A DNA stretch of 64,000 bases from an uncultured SAR86 cluster bacterium (GCA_902526535.1 CABZLG010000003.1:18222-82221); one strand, 5' to 3'. Positions 17,753-27,008 are shown, counted from the stretch's first letter. The notes: a model not told the origin generated them from the sequence alone. Numbers and translations: made by a program.

Positions 17753-19743
17753 TTGGAATTTTAAGGATTTTCCTTTATTTACTAGCAATATTTCTGTTAG
17801 TTTTTCATTTTTTTGGTATTTCGTTAAACTTCTCAAACATAAACTCATTTTTTATAAATAAAATTTTTGCAGGTAAACTTTCTTACGAAGACATTTCTTT
17901 TAGACAGAGTTTAAAAGGAATTGATATAAATCTTGAAAATTTTAATTATGATGGAGATATAAAAGTAGAGGGACAAAATCTATTTTTAAAACTTAATCTT
18001 CTAAGCTCTTTTTTATCAAAAGAAGTTTACATTGATTTTTTATTTTTTGATGAGGCCTCAATTAGAGTTAATCCCTCTAATGAAAGAAGAAATGCCGTTA
18101 ATTTTTTTGTAAAAGAGGGGAGTATAAAAAGAACATCGTTGGGAAAAGCAAATATTGAAAGTCTAAATATTGCTGATCTTAGAACAGAGGGTAGAAGGTT
18201 TGGTTTCAAATTTAGAGAGTCGAGTATTTCTTTTAATAATGAGCTTAAAAATATTTCTGGCCTTAGTGGAATTGCTTCTTATGAAAATCAAAAGTTAAAA
18301 CTTTTAATCAATTCCAACATAGCACTATTTAACTTAGATATTTATCAAGAGGAGAAAGTTTTAAGTGATTTGAAAGGAATTCTTTCACTTGATTTTAAAG
18401 ATAAATTTAAAATTCTTCCCTCCTTTCTAAATGCTGAAACTACTAATTCTCAACAATTTTTTAATATTAATTTTGACGAAGCATTTAAATTTAATGTGCT
18501 TACAATCGGAGATAGTAGAGATATATATTATTGGGCCCCATCAAATCTAGCTGCAAATGATTCTTTTAGGCAAAGTAATATAATCTCTGAAGATGTTAAA
18601 TCTATTTTTTCCTTCACCTCATTGAATGCTAACAGGTCATTAAGCGGGAAAGTTTTAATTTCAAATCCTGAACTATCGTTTCTTCCTGGTAGTTTTGACA
18701 TTAATAGTCTGGAAATAAATTTAGATAATTTTAAGTTTGATGCTGTTGCTAACGGTTCTATTCCGTATGCTGGAATCGAAAACTTTTATTTAGACTATTC
18801 GTTTGCTGAAAAAGTTTTTAAAGCTAGTTTTTTAGATAATTTTAAAAATCCTTTCTCAATATCTTTTGACAATAAAGGCTCAGTAAAGGAAATTAATGGT
18901 TCTCTGAAGTCAAAAAACGATAAAGGCTATTATATCAGTTTCTTTAATAACCAGATTTTTATTAATTCTGAACTTCTAAAACTAAAGTTTATATTTTCTA
19001 GGAACTTAAATATTTTTACTGATAATTATCTATTTGAAATAAGTCAAATTGATTCAAATTTATTTACATTTGAGGAGGAATACCCGTCTGAATTTATTAT
19101 TGATTTATCAAATCCGTCTGTTAAGAATTTAAATACTAAATTTTCTGTAAATTATTCGGACTACGTGCAGGAAAATTTCCCAAATTTAACTTTTGAAAAA
19201 TTTTCTATTGAAACAAAAAATATCTCTGCAAATATTTCTTCAAATAGTATTGAATTCTTTGGCAATTTACTAGTTGATGGGGAAGATATTAAGTACTCTG
19301 ATGCCTCTTTTGATTTTGACGCTTTGAGGGTGCTTTCATTAATTGATTTGAGAACAAGTTTTTCAAGTTTTTTAAACCTTAATTTTGAAAAATATGAAAG
19401 AGATTCTTTCTATATTGATAAGCTTGATGGAGAAATGATAATTGATGGAAATGATTTTTTAAAAATAAGTAATTTGGAGTTGGATTTTGGCCCAGCTAAA
19501 GCAGAAATTAATGGGTCTATAATGACTGATATTCTTTTGTATGATTCATATGATCTAAATTTAGATTTCACTACAAAAATTTCTCAGGCTCTTCCATGGT
19601 ATGTAGCAATATTTGGTGGCATACCTGCTGCTGCAGGAGCTGCACTCGTTACTGGAATTTTAGACGATAATCTTAATGAAATTACGAAAACAAGTTACAA
19701 AATCAAAGGCAATAATAATAATCTAGAAGTTTTAAATAACTAA
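17734..19743 (+). CDS. AsmA-like / YhdP-family membrane-anchored protein, short form (~669 aa)
   Basis: ORF track 17701..19743, with an ATG at 17734 (MVKKYLIGILRIFLYLLAIFLLVF is a single N-terminal TM helix). The body is long and beta-rich. The C-terminus PWYVAIFGGIPAAAGAALVTGILDD...TSYKIKG resembles the YhdP-family C-terminal motif as I remember it. It lies downstream of mreBCD where yhdP sits in E. coli and Pseudomonas. Confidence 0.5.
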   Translation: MVKKYLIGILRIFLYLLAIFLLVFHFFGISLNFSNINSFFINKIFAGKLSYEDISFRQSLKGIDINLENFNYDGDIKVEGQNLFLKLNLLSSFLSKEVYIDFLFFDEASIRVNPSNERRNAVNFFVKEGSIKRTSLGKANIESLNIADLRTEGRRFGFKFRESSISFNNELKNISGLSGIASYENQKLKLLINSNIALFNLDIYQEEKVLSDLKGILSLDFKDKFKILPSFLNAETTNSQQFFNINFDEAFKFNVLTIGDSRDIYYWAPSNLAANDSFRQSNIISEDVKSIFSFTSLNANRSLSGKVLISNPELSFLPGSFDINSLEINLDNFKFDAVANGSIPYAGIENFYLDYSFAEKVFKASFLDNFKNPFSISFDNKGSVKEINGSLKSKNDKGYYISFFNNQIFINSELLKLKFIFSRNLNIFTDNYLFEISQIDSNLFTFEEEYPSEFIIDLSNPSVKNLNTKFSVNYSDYVQENFPNLTFEKFSIETKNISANISSNSIEFFGNLLVDGEDIKYSDASFDFDALRVLSLIDLRTSFSSFLNLNFEKYERDSFYIDKLDGEMIIDGNDFLKISNLELDFGPAKAEINGSIMTDILLYDSYDLNLDFTTKISQALPWYVAIFGGIPAAAGAALVTGILDDNLNEITKTSYKIKGNNNNLEVLNN

Positions 19744-21078
19744 TAAACTCACTATTCCAAGAAAAGTAACAAATCCAACTAAATCTGTAATTGTAGTGAT
19801 AATTACTCCTCCAGAAATTGCGGGATCATATCCAATTTTTCTTAGGATGTATGGAAGAAAAAAGCCACCCACAGCAGCCATAATTAAATTTAAAATCATC
19901 GCAATTGCTATAGCTATTGCAAGATTGTAGTCAGAGAACCAAAGGTAAGTAATTCCAAAAATGAAAATTGAGAAAAAGATTGCATTTACTATTGAAACGA
20001 TAAATTCTCGTCTGAATAAATATCTAAAATTTTTCCTATTTAATTTTCTCATTGCTTCTGCTCTAATATAAATACCAAGTGTTTGTGTTGCTGCTATTCC
20101 TCCCATGCTTGCAACTATTGGCATAAGAACAGCAGCATAGATAACTTTTTCAAAAACATCAGCAAATAGATTAATAGAAGCTGCAGCTATAATTGCAGTT
20201 AAAAGATTAATAGAAAGCCAAAAAATTCTATTTTTTATTGATTTTTTCGGAGATGAAAAAATATCTTCTTCGATTTGTGCAAGTGCTCTAAAATCTTCTT
20301 GAACCTCATCTGCACCAATTTCTATAATATCGTCTACAGTAATTCGACCAAGTAGCTGATTTTTTTCATTGACTACGGGTGCTGAAAATAAATCCTTTGC
20401 TTTAAATAAGTCATACACATCTACTTCGTTAAGACTAGAATTTATTGGTTGAAATTCTGTATCCATCACTTCTCTTACAGTCATATTTTGATCAGATGTT
20501 AAGATTTTTGTTATTGGTAAAATGCCTAAATATTCATCATTTTTTGTTACTACGTAAATATCATCGGTATTTTGGGGCAAATTTTTTAAAAATCTTAGGT
20601 ACCTTGAGACAAGTTCAATGGTATTTTCAGCCCTGACTGTAATGACATCAGTATTCATTAATCCACCAGCCGATTCCTCTGAAAAATCAATTACATTTTC
20701 AATCCTCCCTCTATCTCTTGAATTCATCAAGGCAAGAACATCATTAGTAATTTTTTCTGGGAGTGCTTGCAATATATCTACTAAATCATCAACTTCCAAA
20801 TCACTAATTGCTAATGAAATTTCTTCAGGCTCCATTTCTTTAAGCAATTCATCTCTAAGCTGCTCATCAAGCTCACCAAGAACCTCACCTTCATTTTCAA
20901 GCTCAATCGAATCCCATATTATTTTTCTTTCCTGAGGAGGAGAATTCTGAATTAAAGATGCAAGATCATTAGCTGACATTTCCTTTAAAATATTGCTGAG
21001 TTTTGATTTAAATTCAGGATTTTCAATCGTTTCTTGAATTAATTCAAATTTAGAAGACGAAAATTTTTCAGCCATCAA
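19732..21078 (-). CDS. mgtE: Magnesium transporter MgtE
   Basis: 448 aa with the MgtE N-domain, a CBS pair, and a C-terminal 5-TM domain with IVASMGGIAATQTL and ITTITDLVGF. Confidence 0.93.
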   Translation of the reverse strand: MMAEKFSSSKFELIQETIENPEFKSKLSNILKEMSANDLASLIQNSPPQERKIIWDSIELENEGEVLGELDEQLRDELLKEMEPEEISLAISDLEVDDLVDILQALPEKITNDVLALMNSRDRGRIENVIDFSEESAGGLMNTDVITVRAENTIELVSRYLRFLKNLPQNTDDIYVVTKNDEYLGILPITKILTSDQNMTVREVMDTEFQPINSSLNEVDVYDLFKAKDLFSAPVVNEKNQLLGRITVDDIIEIGADEVQEDFRALAQIEEDIFSSPKKSIKNRIFWLSINLLTAIIAAASINLFADVFEKVIYAAVLMPIVASMGGIAATQTLGIYIRAEAMRKLNRKNFRYLFRREFIVSIVNAIFFSIFIFGITYLWFSDYNLAIAIAIAMILNLIMAAVGGFFLPYILRKIGYDPAISGGVIITTITDLVGFVTFLGIVSLLVI

Positions 21079-21099
21079 ATTATTTTACTTTATAAATAT

Positions 21100-21810
21100 T
21101 TAATTTATTTCGCCGAAATATAACTTTTGTGCTAGTCGGTCATTTTGAACTATCTCTGGAGGCCCATTTAGTAAGATTTCACCCTGATTCATTAGAATTA
21201 TCTCATCACAAACTTTCATAACATCACGAAAATTATGGTCGCTAATGAAAATTGTAAGGTTTTCTTTTAATTCTTTGAGTATTTTAATTATTTCTTCAAC
21301 TGAAATTGGATCTACCCCTGCAAAAGGCTCATCAAGAAGAATACATTTGGCATCTAAGAGAATAGCTCTTAGAATTTCCGTTTTTCTCTTCTCTCCTCCT
21401 GATAAGAATTTAGCCTTAGTGTTAGCTTTATTTGTTAAATTCATCTTTTCAAGATAAAAGTCAATTTTCTCTACATGCTTTTTCTCTATTTTTTTAAATT
21501 GAAGCTCGAGGGCAACAGTTAAATTTTCTAAAAGGCTCAACTCCTCAAACAAAGAATCTTCTTGTGGAACATATTTAAGACCCTGTAAAGACCTTTTTTC
21601 AATATCATCTTTTGACACCTCCTTTTTACCAAGATAGATTTCTCCTGTATCTATGGAAGAGAGTCCTGCAACTGATCTAAAAAGTGTAGTTTTTCCTGCC
21701 CCATTTGCGCCAAGTAGGCCAGTAATTTTTTTATTTTTTAATTCAAAGCTAATAAATTTTAAAAGCATTTTTGAGGAAATTTTCTTCGTAATATTTTTGA
21801 CTTTAATCAT
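21100..21810 (-). CDS. lptB: LPS export ABC transporter ATP-binding protein LptB
   Basis: 236 aa with Walker A GANGAGKTT and the signature LSGGEKRKTEILRAILLDAKCILLDEPFAGVDP. Follows lptA. Confidence 0.92.
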   Translation of the reverse strand: MIKVKNITKKISSKMLLKFISFELKNKKITGLLGANGAGKTTLFRSVAGLSSIDTGEIYLGKKEVSKDDIEKRSLQGLKYVPQEDSLFEELSLLENLTVALELQFKKIEKKHVEKIDFYLEKMNLTNKANTKAKFLSGGEKRKTEILRAILLDAKCILLDEPFAGVDPISVEEIIKILKELKENLTIFISDHNFRDVMKVCDEIILMNQGEILLNGPPEIVQNDRLAQKLYFGEIN

Positions 21811-22207
21811 TTTTTTTGAGAATAATTTTTAGTTCTTGCGTTTTGATTTCATTGCCCTGTCTAAAAATAATTACGTTATCTCTCAGGAATAGAGTGTTTT
21901 GAATTATTTGTAATCTATCAGCTTGACCATTTATCTTTTCACCCCTTTCTGCAAAACTCACCTCTATTGGAGATCCTGAAGCATCAATCTGCTCATTATT
22001 CTGATTTACGATTAATTTATTTGCTTTGAATGAAATTTCATCTGAATTAAAGGTTACTTTTTCTAGATACTTTACAAGATTATTTTGTGTATCAATTTCA
22101 ACCACTTCAGCCTTAATCTCATATTCAGTTGCAGGTGCGTTTGATGCAAAAAGAAATAACAAGAATAAAAGAAAATTTCTATAAAACATTAGCTTCCAAG
22201 ATTTCAT
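21803..22207 (-). CDS. lptA: LptA/OstA-family periplasmic LPS transport protein (short, 134 aa)
   Basis: It has a signal peptide and the OstA-like repeat pattern (I.A..VEID....V.YL..V.F......KA.KLIV...). It lies directly upstream of lptB. An LptC identity cannot be excluded. Confidence 0.7.
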   Translation of the reverse strand: MKSWKLMFYRNFLLFLLFLFASNAPATEYEIKAEVVEIDTQNNLVKYLEKVTFNSDEISFKANKLIVNQNNEQIDASGSPIEVSFAERGEKINGQADRLQIIQNTLFLRDNVIIFRQGNEIKTQELKIILKKND

Positions 22208-23148
22208 GCATGGTTATAAACCCTTGAATCTTACTCTTCTGATTTACAGCTAAATAATAGACCTTATTTTTTTTCATAAACTTTGCTGCATCAACAACTA
22301 AATTTTCTGATTCAATAGATTTAAATTTTTTAGTCATTACTTTAGAAACCTGCACATTATTTATATCGATATTTTTTTGTAATTGTCTTCTTAGATCTCC
22401 GTCTGAGAATATACCAACTATTTTCTTTTTAGCGTTTTGTATGAGAGCAAAGCCCTGTTTTTTTTCTGATATTTTTACAATTACATCCTTTATAAGAGTC
22501 TTATTATTCACAACTGCTGCACTTTTTATTGGAATCATTAAATCTGTAACTTTAAGTGTAAGTTTTTTTCCAAGCTTACCTCCAGGGTGTGATCTAGCAA
22601 AATCTTTTGATGAAAATCCCTTTGCCTTTAGCAAAGAAACAGCAATTGCATCTCCTAAGGCAAGCATTACAGTTGTACTAGCCGTTGGGGCAAGGTCATT
22701 AGGACATGCTTCTTTTGAAACTTTCACTTTCACATGAACTTTTGATTCTTTAGCAATTGAAGAATTTTCATTTTCTGTAATTGAGAGAAGCGGTATTTTT
22801 TTTGCCTTTATTGCAGGTATGAGATCGATAATCTCCTTACTTTCACCTGATTTCGATAAAACAATTATGCAATCATTTTTTTTCTATCATCCCCATATCA
22901 CCATGTAAGGCTTCTGCGGGATGTATAAAAAAAGATGAGGTTCCAGTACTTGAAAAAGTTGCTGAAATTTTATTTGCAATATGACCAGATTTACCAACTC
23001 CAGTTAGGAAAACTTTCCCTTTACAATTTAAAATTTCTTGGCACAAATCACCAACATTGAAATCTTTTGATGAATAAAAGGCCTTAAGTTCATTCAATTC
23101 AATTAAAAAAGCCTTTTTTGCTTCTTTTTGGAAAATATTTTTTTTCAT
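22179..23148 (-). CDS. kdsD: Arabinose-5-phosphate isomerase KdsD (SIS + 2 CBS), frameshifted as sequenced
   Basis: ORF track fragments are 22873..23148 (SIS N-half, GVGKSGHIANKISATFSSTGT..HPAEALHGD) and 22179..22733 (EACPNDLAPTASTT..SHPGG plus the CBS pair). The unassigned segment 22734..22872 translates without stops as DCIIVLSKSGESKEIIDLIPAIKAKKIPLLSITENENS, the missing SIS half. The frames differ by 1 nt at an A8 run (plus-strand T8, 22876..22883). Confidence 0.9.
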
Positions 23149-23167
23149 TTCAACTTATAATCTACAC

Positions 23168-23776
23168 ATGATACGATTTTTTTTAACAAAAATATTTATC
23201 ATTTTTTTACTATTCCAACCTTTAGCATCAGATGATAACGAAAATGCATTTAATTTTATCAATGAAAATGCAGTTTATTTTTTGACAATTATTAAGACTG
23301 AAGGTTCAAAATACAAGGAAAGACCTGAGGAATTTAAAGAAAAATTAAAAAATATATGGGAGCCTATGGTTGATGTTGGTTTAGTATCAAGACTTATATT
23401 AAGCAAAGCATACAGTACTGCAACTGAAGAACAAATTTTCCTTTTTCAAACTAGAACAAAAAAACTCCTACTTGACACATATATCACTGCACTTCTTGAA
23501 TTTGAAGATTATGAGTTAGAAACAAGTAGAAAAATAAAGAAAAATAAAAATAAAACACTTGAGGTAGAAATAAACTTTTTTTCTGCATCAGATTCCTTTA
23601 AAGCAAAATTTACTCTTTATAAAAATAAACAGGGCGAGCTTAAGATTATAAATATTATTATTGACGGTATTAATCTTGGACTTACTTTCAGAAATCAATT
23701 CCAGGATAATTTAAAAAACGAAAACTATGATTTAGATAAAGCTATTGATACTTGGAAACCTCTTTACATTGATTAA
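23168..23776 (+). CDS. mlaC: MlaC/Ttg2D-family periplasmic phospholipid-binding protein
   Basis: 202 aa with a signal peptide and an MlaC-like pattern (..MVDVGLVSRLILSKAY...T.EQ...F......LL..TYI.AL). It sits upstream of murA as in the mla-murA region of other gammaproteobacteria. Confidence 0.72.
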   Translation: MIRFFLTKIFIIFLLFQPLASDDNENAFNFINENAVYFLTIIKTEGSKYKERPEEFKEKLKNIWEPMVDVGLVSRLILSKAYSTATEEQIFLFQTRTKKLLLDTYITALLEFEDYELETSRKIKKNKNKTLEVEINFFSASDSFKAKFTLYKNKQGELKIINIIIDGINLGLTFRNQFQDNLKNENYDLDKAIDTWKPLYID

Positions 23777-23778
23777 AC

Positions 23779-25041
23779 ATGGAAAGATTAATAATTAAGG
23801 GAGGAAATCAACTTCATGGTGAAGTAAACTGTTCAGGTGCTAAAAATGCTGGATTGCCCATAATTGCTGCAACAATTCTTTTAGAAAAAACCATTGAAAT
23901 AGAGAATCTGCCCCATCTTAAAGACATTTCTACAATGCTTGAACTTCTCAATTCCATGGGGTCTGAAATTAATTTTCTTGAGAGTGGAGGCATAGAGATT
24001 AATTCCTCAAATATTAACTTACCAGAAGCTAGATATGAGCTTGTTAAAACTATGAGGGCATCAGTCCTTGTTATGGGGCCTCTTTTAGCAAAGTATGGAA
24101 AAGCGAAAATTTCTCAACCGGGTGGTTGCAATATTGGCAAAAGACCAATCGATTTCCATTTAAAAGGGCTTGAAATGATGGGGGCTAAAATCGAGTCCGA
24201 TAAAAAATTTATATATCTTAAAGCTCAAAAACTTAATCCAATTGATTTTACATTCCCAAAGATCTCTGTGACAGGTACTGAAAATTTAATGATGGCAGCA
24301 TCTTTAACAACTGGCAAAACTGTCCTAAGAAATTGTGCTAAAGAACCAGAGGTTGCTGAATTGGCTAATTTTTTGAATTCATGTGGAGCTAAAATCTCCG
24401 GTGCAGGTAAATCTGAAATTGAAATTAAGGGAACAGATATTCTTAATGGTGAAAAATGGAAAATTCTTTCAGATAGAATCGAAGCTGGAACATATTTAAT
24501 AGCAGCTGCAATGACAAATGGACATGTAAAAGTAAAAAATATTTCCCCTTCTACAATAAAGATTATTCACAAAAAACTCTCCGATACTGGTGTAAAGATT
24601 AAATTAGAGAAAGACGCAGTTGAAGCTGACGCTACTACAACAGACCTAAAGGCAACAGATATATGCACGGAGCCTTTTCCAGGATTTCCTACTGATATGC
24701 AGGCCCAATTTATGGCACTAAATTCAATATCACACGGCACTTCAATAATTGAAGAAACAGTCTTTGAAAATAGATTTCAGCATGTTATTGAATTAAGAAA
24801 AATGGGAGCTAACATCAGCCTTGAAAAAAATAAAGCAAAAATATTAGGAGTTTCAAACCTTGTAGGATCAGTTGTAAAAGCATCAGATTTAAGAGCATCT
24901 GCTAGTTTAGTTTTAGCAGGGTTAGTTGGTAAAAATCGTACTCAAATTGATGATATATTTCATATAGACAGGGGTTATGAATGCATCGAAGAAAAATTAA
25001 ATAAATTGGGAGCTGAAATTATTAGGGAACCAGTAATCTAG
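23779..25041 (+). CDS. murA: UDP-N-acetylglucosamine 1-carboxyvinyltransferase
   Basis: 420 aa with GAKNAGLPI, the active-site loop PGGCNIGKRPID and FPGFPTDMQAQ. Confidence 0.97.
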   Translation: MERLIIKGGNQLHGEVNCSGAKNAGLPIIAATILLEKTIEIENLPHLKDISTMLELLNSMGSEINFLESGGIEINSSNINLPEARYELVKTMRASVLVMGPLLAKYGKAKISQPGGCNIGKRPIDFHLKGLEMMGAKIESDKKFIYLKAQKLNPIDFTFPKISVTGTENLMMAASLTTGKTVLRNCAKEPEVAELANFLNSCGAKISGAGKSEIEIKGTDILNGEKWKILSDRIEAGTYLIAAAMTNGHVKVKNISPSTIKIIHKKLSDTGVKIKLEKDAVEADATTTDLKATDICTEPFPGFPTDMQAQFMALNSISHGTSIIEETVFENRFQHVIELRKMGANISLEKNKAKILGVSNLVGSVVKASDLRASASLVLAGLVGKNRTQIDDIFHIDRGYECIEEKLNKLGAEIIREPVI

Positions 25042-25990
25042 CAGGTATTTCAGTTGTTTCGATTAAAACACTTCTTTTTTGTCCATCTCTTACTATGCCA
25101 AGTTCAAGAGAATCACCAGGTGTAATACTATTTATTGATGCTTTAAGTGTTGACCAAATTGCTTCAGAGCCTTTAATTGAAGTAATAATATCTCCATTAA
25201 TAAGGCCTTTTTTCTTAACCTCTGATTCATTTGAAATTACGAGCAAGGCTCTTTGTGAAACATTATTATCGTCAGTATAGACAAAAGGTCGAAAAGAAAA
25301 ACTTCCAATCCATGCTCTTTTTACCTCACCATATTTAATTATTTCTTCAGATATACTTAAAATTTTATCAGATGGAATTGCAAAACCTACACCATCTGAA
25401 CCACCAGATAAGGTTGCAATAGAGGTGTTTATTCCTACAAGCCTTCCTTTTGAATTCACCAATGCACCTCCTGAATTACCTTTATTTATCGAAGCGTCAG
25501 TTTGAAGAATATCAAGATAAGGATTACCAAAATTTCTACCTGTTGCACTTAAGATTCCTGATGAAACTGATATTCCTACATTGAATGGATTACCAATTGC
25601 ATATACTCGATCACCAATTTTCAAGTCTAATTCAGTCTCTATTTGTATTGGTTTTAATCCAGTAGCATTTACCTTTATAACTGCTATATCAGAATATTCA
25701 TCAAAACCAACGATATTTGCGTTATATCTATCTCCAAATATGTTTACTGATATATTGAATGCACCTCTCAACAAGTGATAAGCAGTAACAATATAACCAT
25801 CTTGTGAAATAATTATTCCAGAACCAAAATTTTTAGAGGTCCTTGCAGTCGTTGTTTCTAACTTAACAATTGAACTAGAAACATTGTCAAAATTAATTTC
25901 AGATTTATTAGAATCGTAGTTTTGATAAAGTACAATTTGAACACCTACGAAAAGACCCAATAATAAAATTGTTAAAAAAAAGTATCTCAT
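25022..25990 (-). CDS. DegS/AlgW-like membrane-anchored S1C serine protease with one PDZ domain
   Basis: 322 aa with an N-terminal TM helix, the catalytic His/Asp/Ser regions (TAYHLL, DIAVIKV, GNSGGALVN) and a C-terminal PDZ domain. Its 3' end overlaps the murA 3' end by 20 nt. Confidence 0.85.
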   Translation of the reverse strand: MRYFFLTILLLGLFVGVQIVLYQNYDSNKSEINFDNVSSSIVKLETTTARTSKNFGSGIIISQDGYIVTAYHLLRGAFNISVNIFGDRYNANIVGFDEYSDIAVIKVNATGLKPIQIETELDLKIGDRVYAIGNPFNVGISVSSGILSATGRNFGNPYLDILQTDASINKGNSGGALVNSKGRLVGINTSIATLSGGSDGVGFAIPSDKILSISEEIIKYGEVKRAWIGSFSFRPFVYTDDNNVSQRALLVISNESEVKKKGLINGDIITSIKGSEAIWSTLKASINSITPGDSLELGIVRDGQKRSVLIETTEIPARLLVP

Positions 25991-26045
25991 GTTTGAAAAC
26001 CAAAACCTTTATATTAATATATACCGAACCGAATTTTAGTATTTT

Positions 26046-26471
26046 ATGAAAACTTCTTCTTTAACTACAAAAGATATTACACAAAAATGGTATCTGATTG
26101 ATTGCTCAGGAAAAAAGCTGGGTCGTTTATCTGTGCAAATTGCAAATTTATTAAGAGGGAAAAATAAACCCGAGTTTACTCCTAACTCTGATGTTGGTGA
26201 TTTCGTAGTTTTAATAAATGCTGAAAGGATTGAAATAAGTGGAAACAAATCAAAAGACAAAATTTATTTCAAACATACCGGTTATCCAGGTAATCTTAAG
26301 GAAATTAACTTTCAAGATTTATTGAATAAAGATCCTGAAAAAGTTTTAAGAAATGCTGTTAAGGGAATGTTGCCAAAAAACAGACTAAATAAGAAGATTA
26401 TTAATAAACTAAAAGTCTACAGTGGAGAAAGTCACCCGCATGAAGCACAAAATCCAGAGGTAATTAATTAG
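26046..26471 (+). CDS. rplM: 50S ribosomal protein L13
   Basis: 141 aa with KWYLIDCSGKKLGRLS..LLRGK and HTGYPG. Confidence 0.97.
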   Translation: MKTSSLTTKDITQKWYLIDCSGKKLGRLSVQIANLLRGKNKPEFTPNSDVGDFVVLINAERIEISGNKSKDKIYFKHTGYPGNLKEINFQDLLNKDPEKVLRNAVKGMLPKNRLNKKIINKLKVYSGESHPHEAQNPEVIN

Positions 26472-26852
26472 ATGAATATTTTTACTGGAAGAAGAAAAGA
26501 AGCAACAGCAGTTGTGAAATTAAAAAAGGGTAAAGGAGCTATTACTATAAATAAAAAATCAATCGATGAATATTTCGGAAGAGATGTTGCAAAAATGATA
26601 GTGAGACAACCTCTAGTTTTAGCAGATGTAGAACAAAACTTTGATGTAGATGTGAAAGTAAATGGAGGTGGTTCTTTTGGTCAGGCGGGAGCAATAAGAT
26701 TGGCAATTTCAAAAGCCTTAATAGATGACAATGCTGAATTGAGAGGCCTAATGAAGAAAGCTGGATACCTCACTAGAGATTCAAGAGTAAAGGAAAGGAA
26801 GAAAGTAGGTCTCAAAAAAGCAAGAAAAAGTCCACAATTTTCTAAAAGATAA
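26472..26852 (+). CDS. rpsI: 30S ribosomal protein S9
   Basis: 126 aa with [26 protein letters not shown] and a C-terminal [12 protein letters not shown]. Confidence 0.97.
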   Translation: MNIFTGRRKEATAVVKLKKGKGAITINKKSIDEYFGRDVAKMIVRQPLVLADVEQNFDVDVKVNGGGSFGQAGAIRLAISKALIDDNAELRGLMKKAGYLTRDSRVKERKKVGLKKARKSPQFSKR

Positions 26853-26854
26853 TT

Positions 26855-26893
26855 TTTTGAACACAAAAAAGACCCTTTTTTTTGTGTTCAAAA
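26855..26893 (+). terminator. Perfect 16-bp hairpin just after the rpsI stop (candidate intrinsic terminator)
   Basis: TTTTGAACACAAAAAA (26855..26870) pairs perfectly with TTTTTTGTGTTCAAAA (26878..26893) across a 7-nt loop. The downstream tail TTGTTAATT is only moderately T-rich and the stem is AT-rich, so terminator function is plausible but unproven. Confidence 0.5.
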
Positions 26894-26981
26894 TTGTTAA
26901 TTAATAATTTCCATAATATAATGCTCCTGAATCTTCGTTGAATCGTTGATTAATTAGGGTTTAAAAGAATTATAAAAACTT

Positions 26982-27008
26982 TTTTGAACACTAATTTGAT
27001 GTTCAAAA
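26982..27008. promoter_or_regulatory. Inverted repeat TTTTGAACA-N9-TGTTCAAAA overlapping the start of the downstream small ORF (candidate operator)
   Basis: Perfect 9-bp arms at 26982..26990 and 27000..27008. The half-site is the same as in the hairpin at 26855..26893. A possible sigma-70 -35 element (TTGATT, 26946..26951) and an A/T-rich -10 region lie just upstream. Confidence 0.35.

Noticed and set aside
17734-19743. Highly AT-rich, N/K/F/S-rich stretch considered as a repeat array, degenerate mobile element or non-coding filler
   Set aside because: It is one continuous open frame of about 670 codons with an N-terminal TM anchor and a structured C-terminus. I could see no periodic DNA repeats. 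A low-complexity beta-rich protein fits better.
26984-26998. TTG 26984 as the start of the small ORF, as in the ORF track
   Set aside because: The TTG lies inside the left arm of the palindrome, and in-frame ATGs follow at 26999 and 27008. The ATG starts are more plausible, though this is unresolved.
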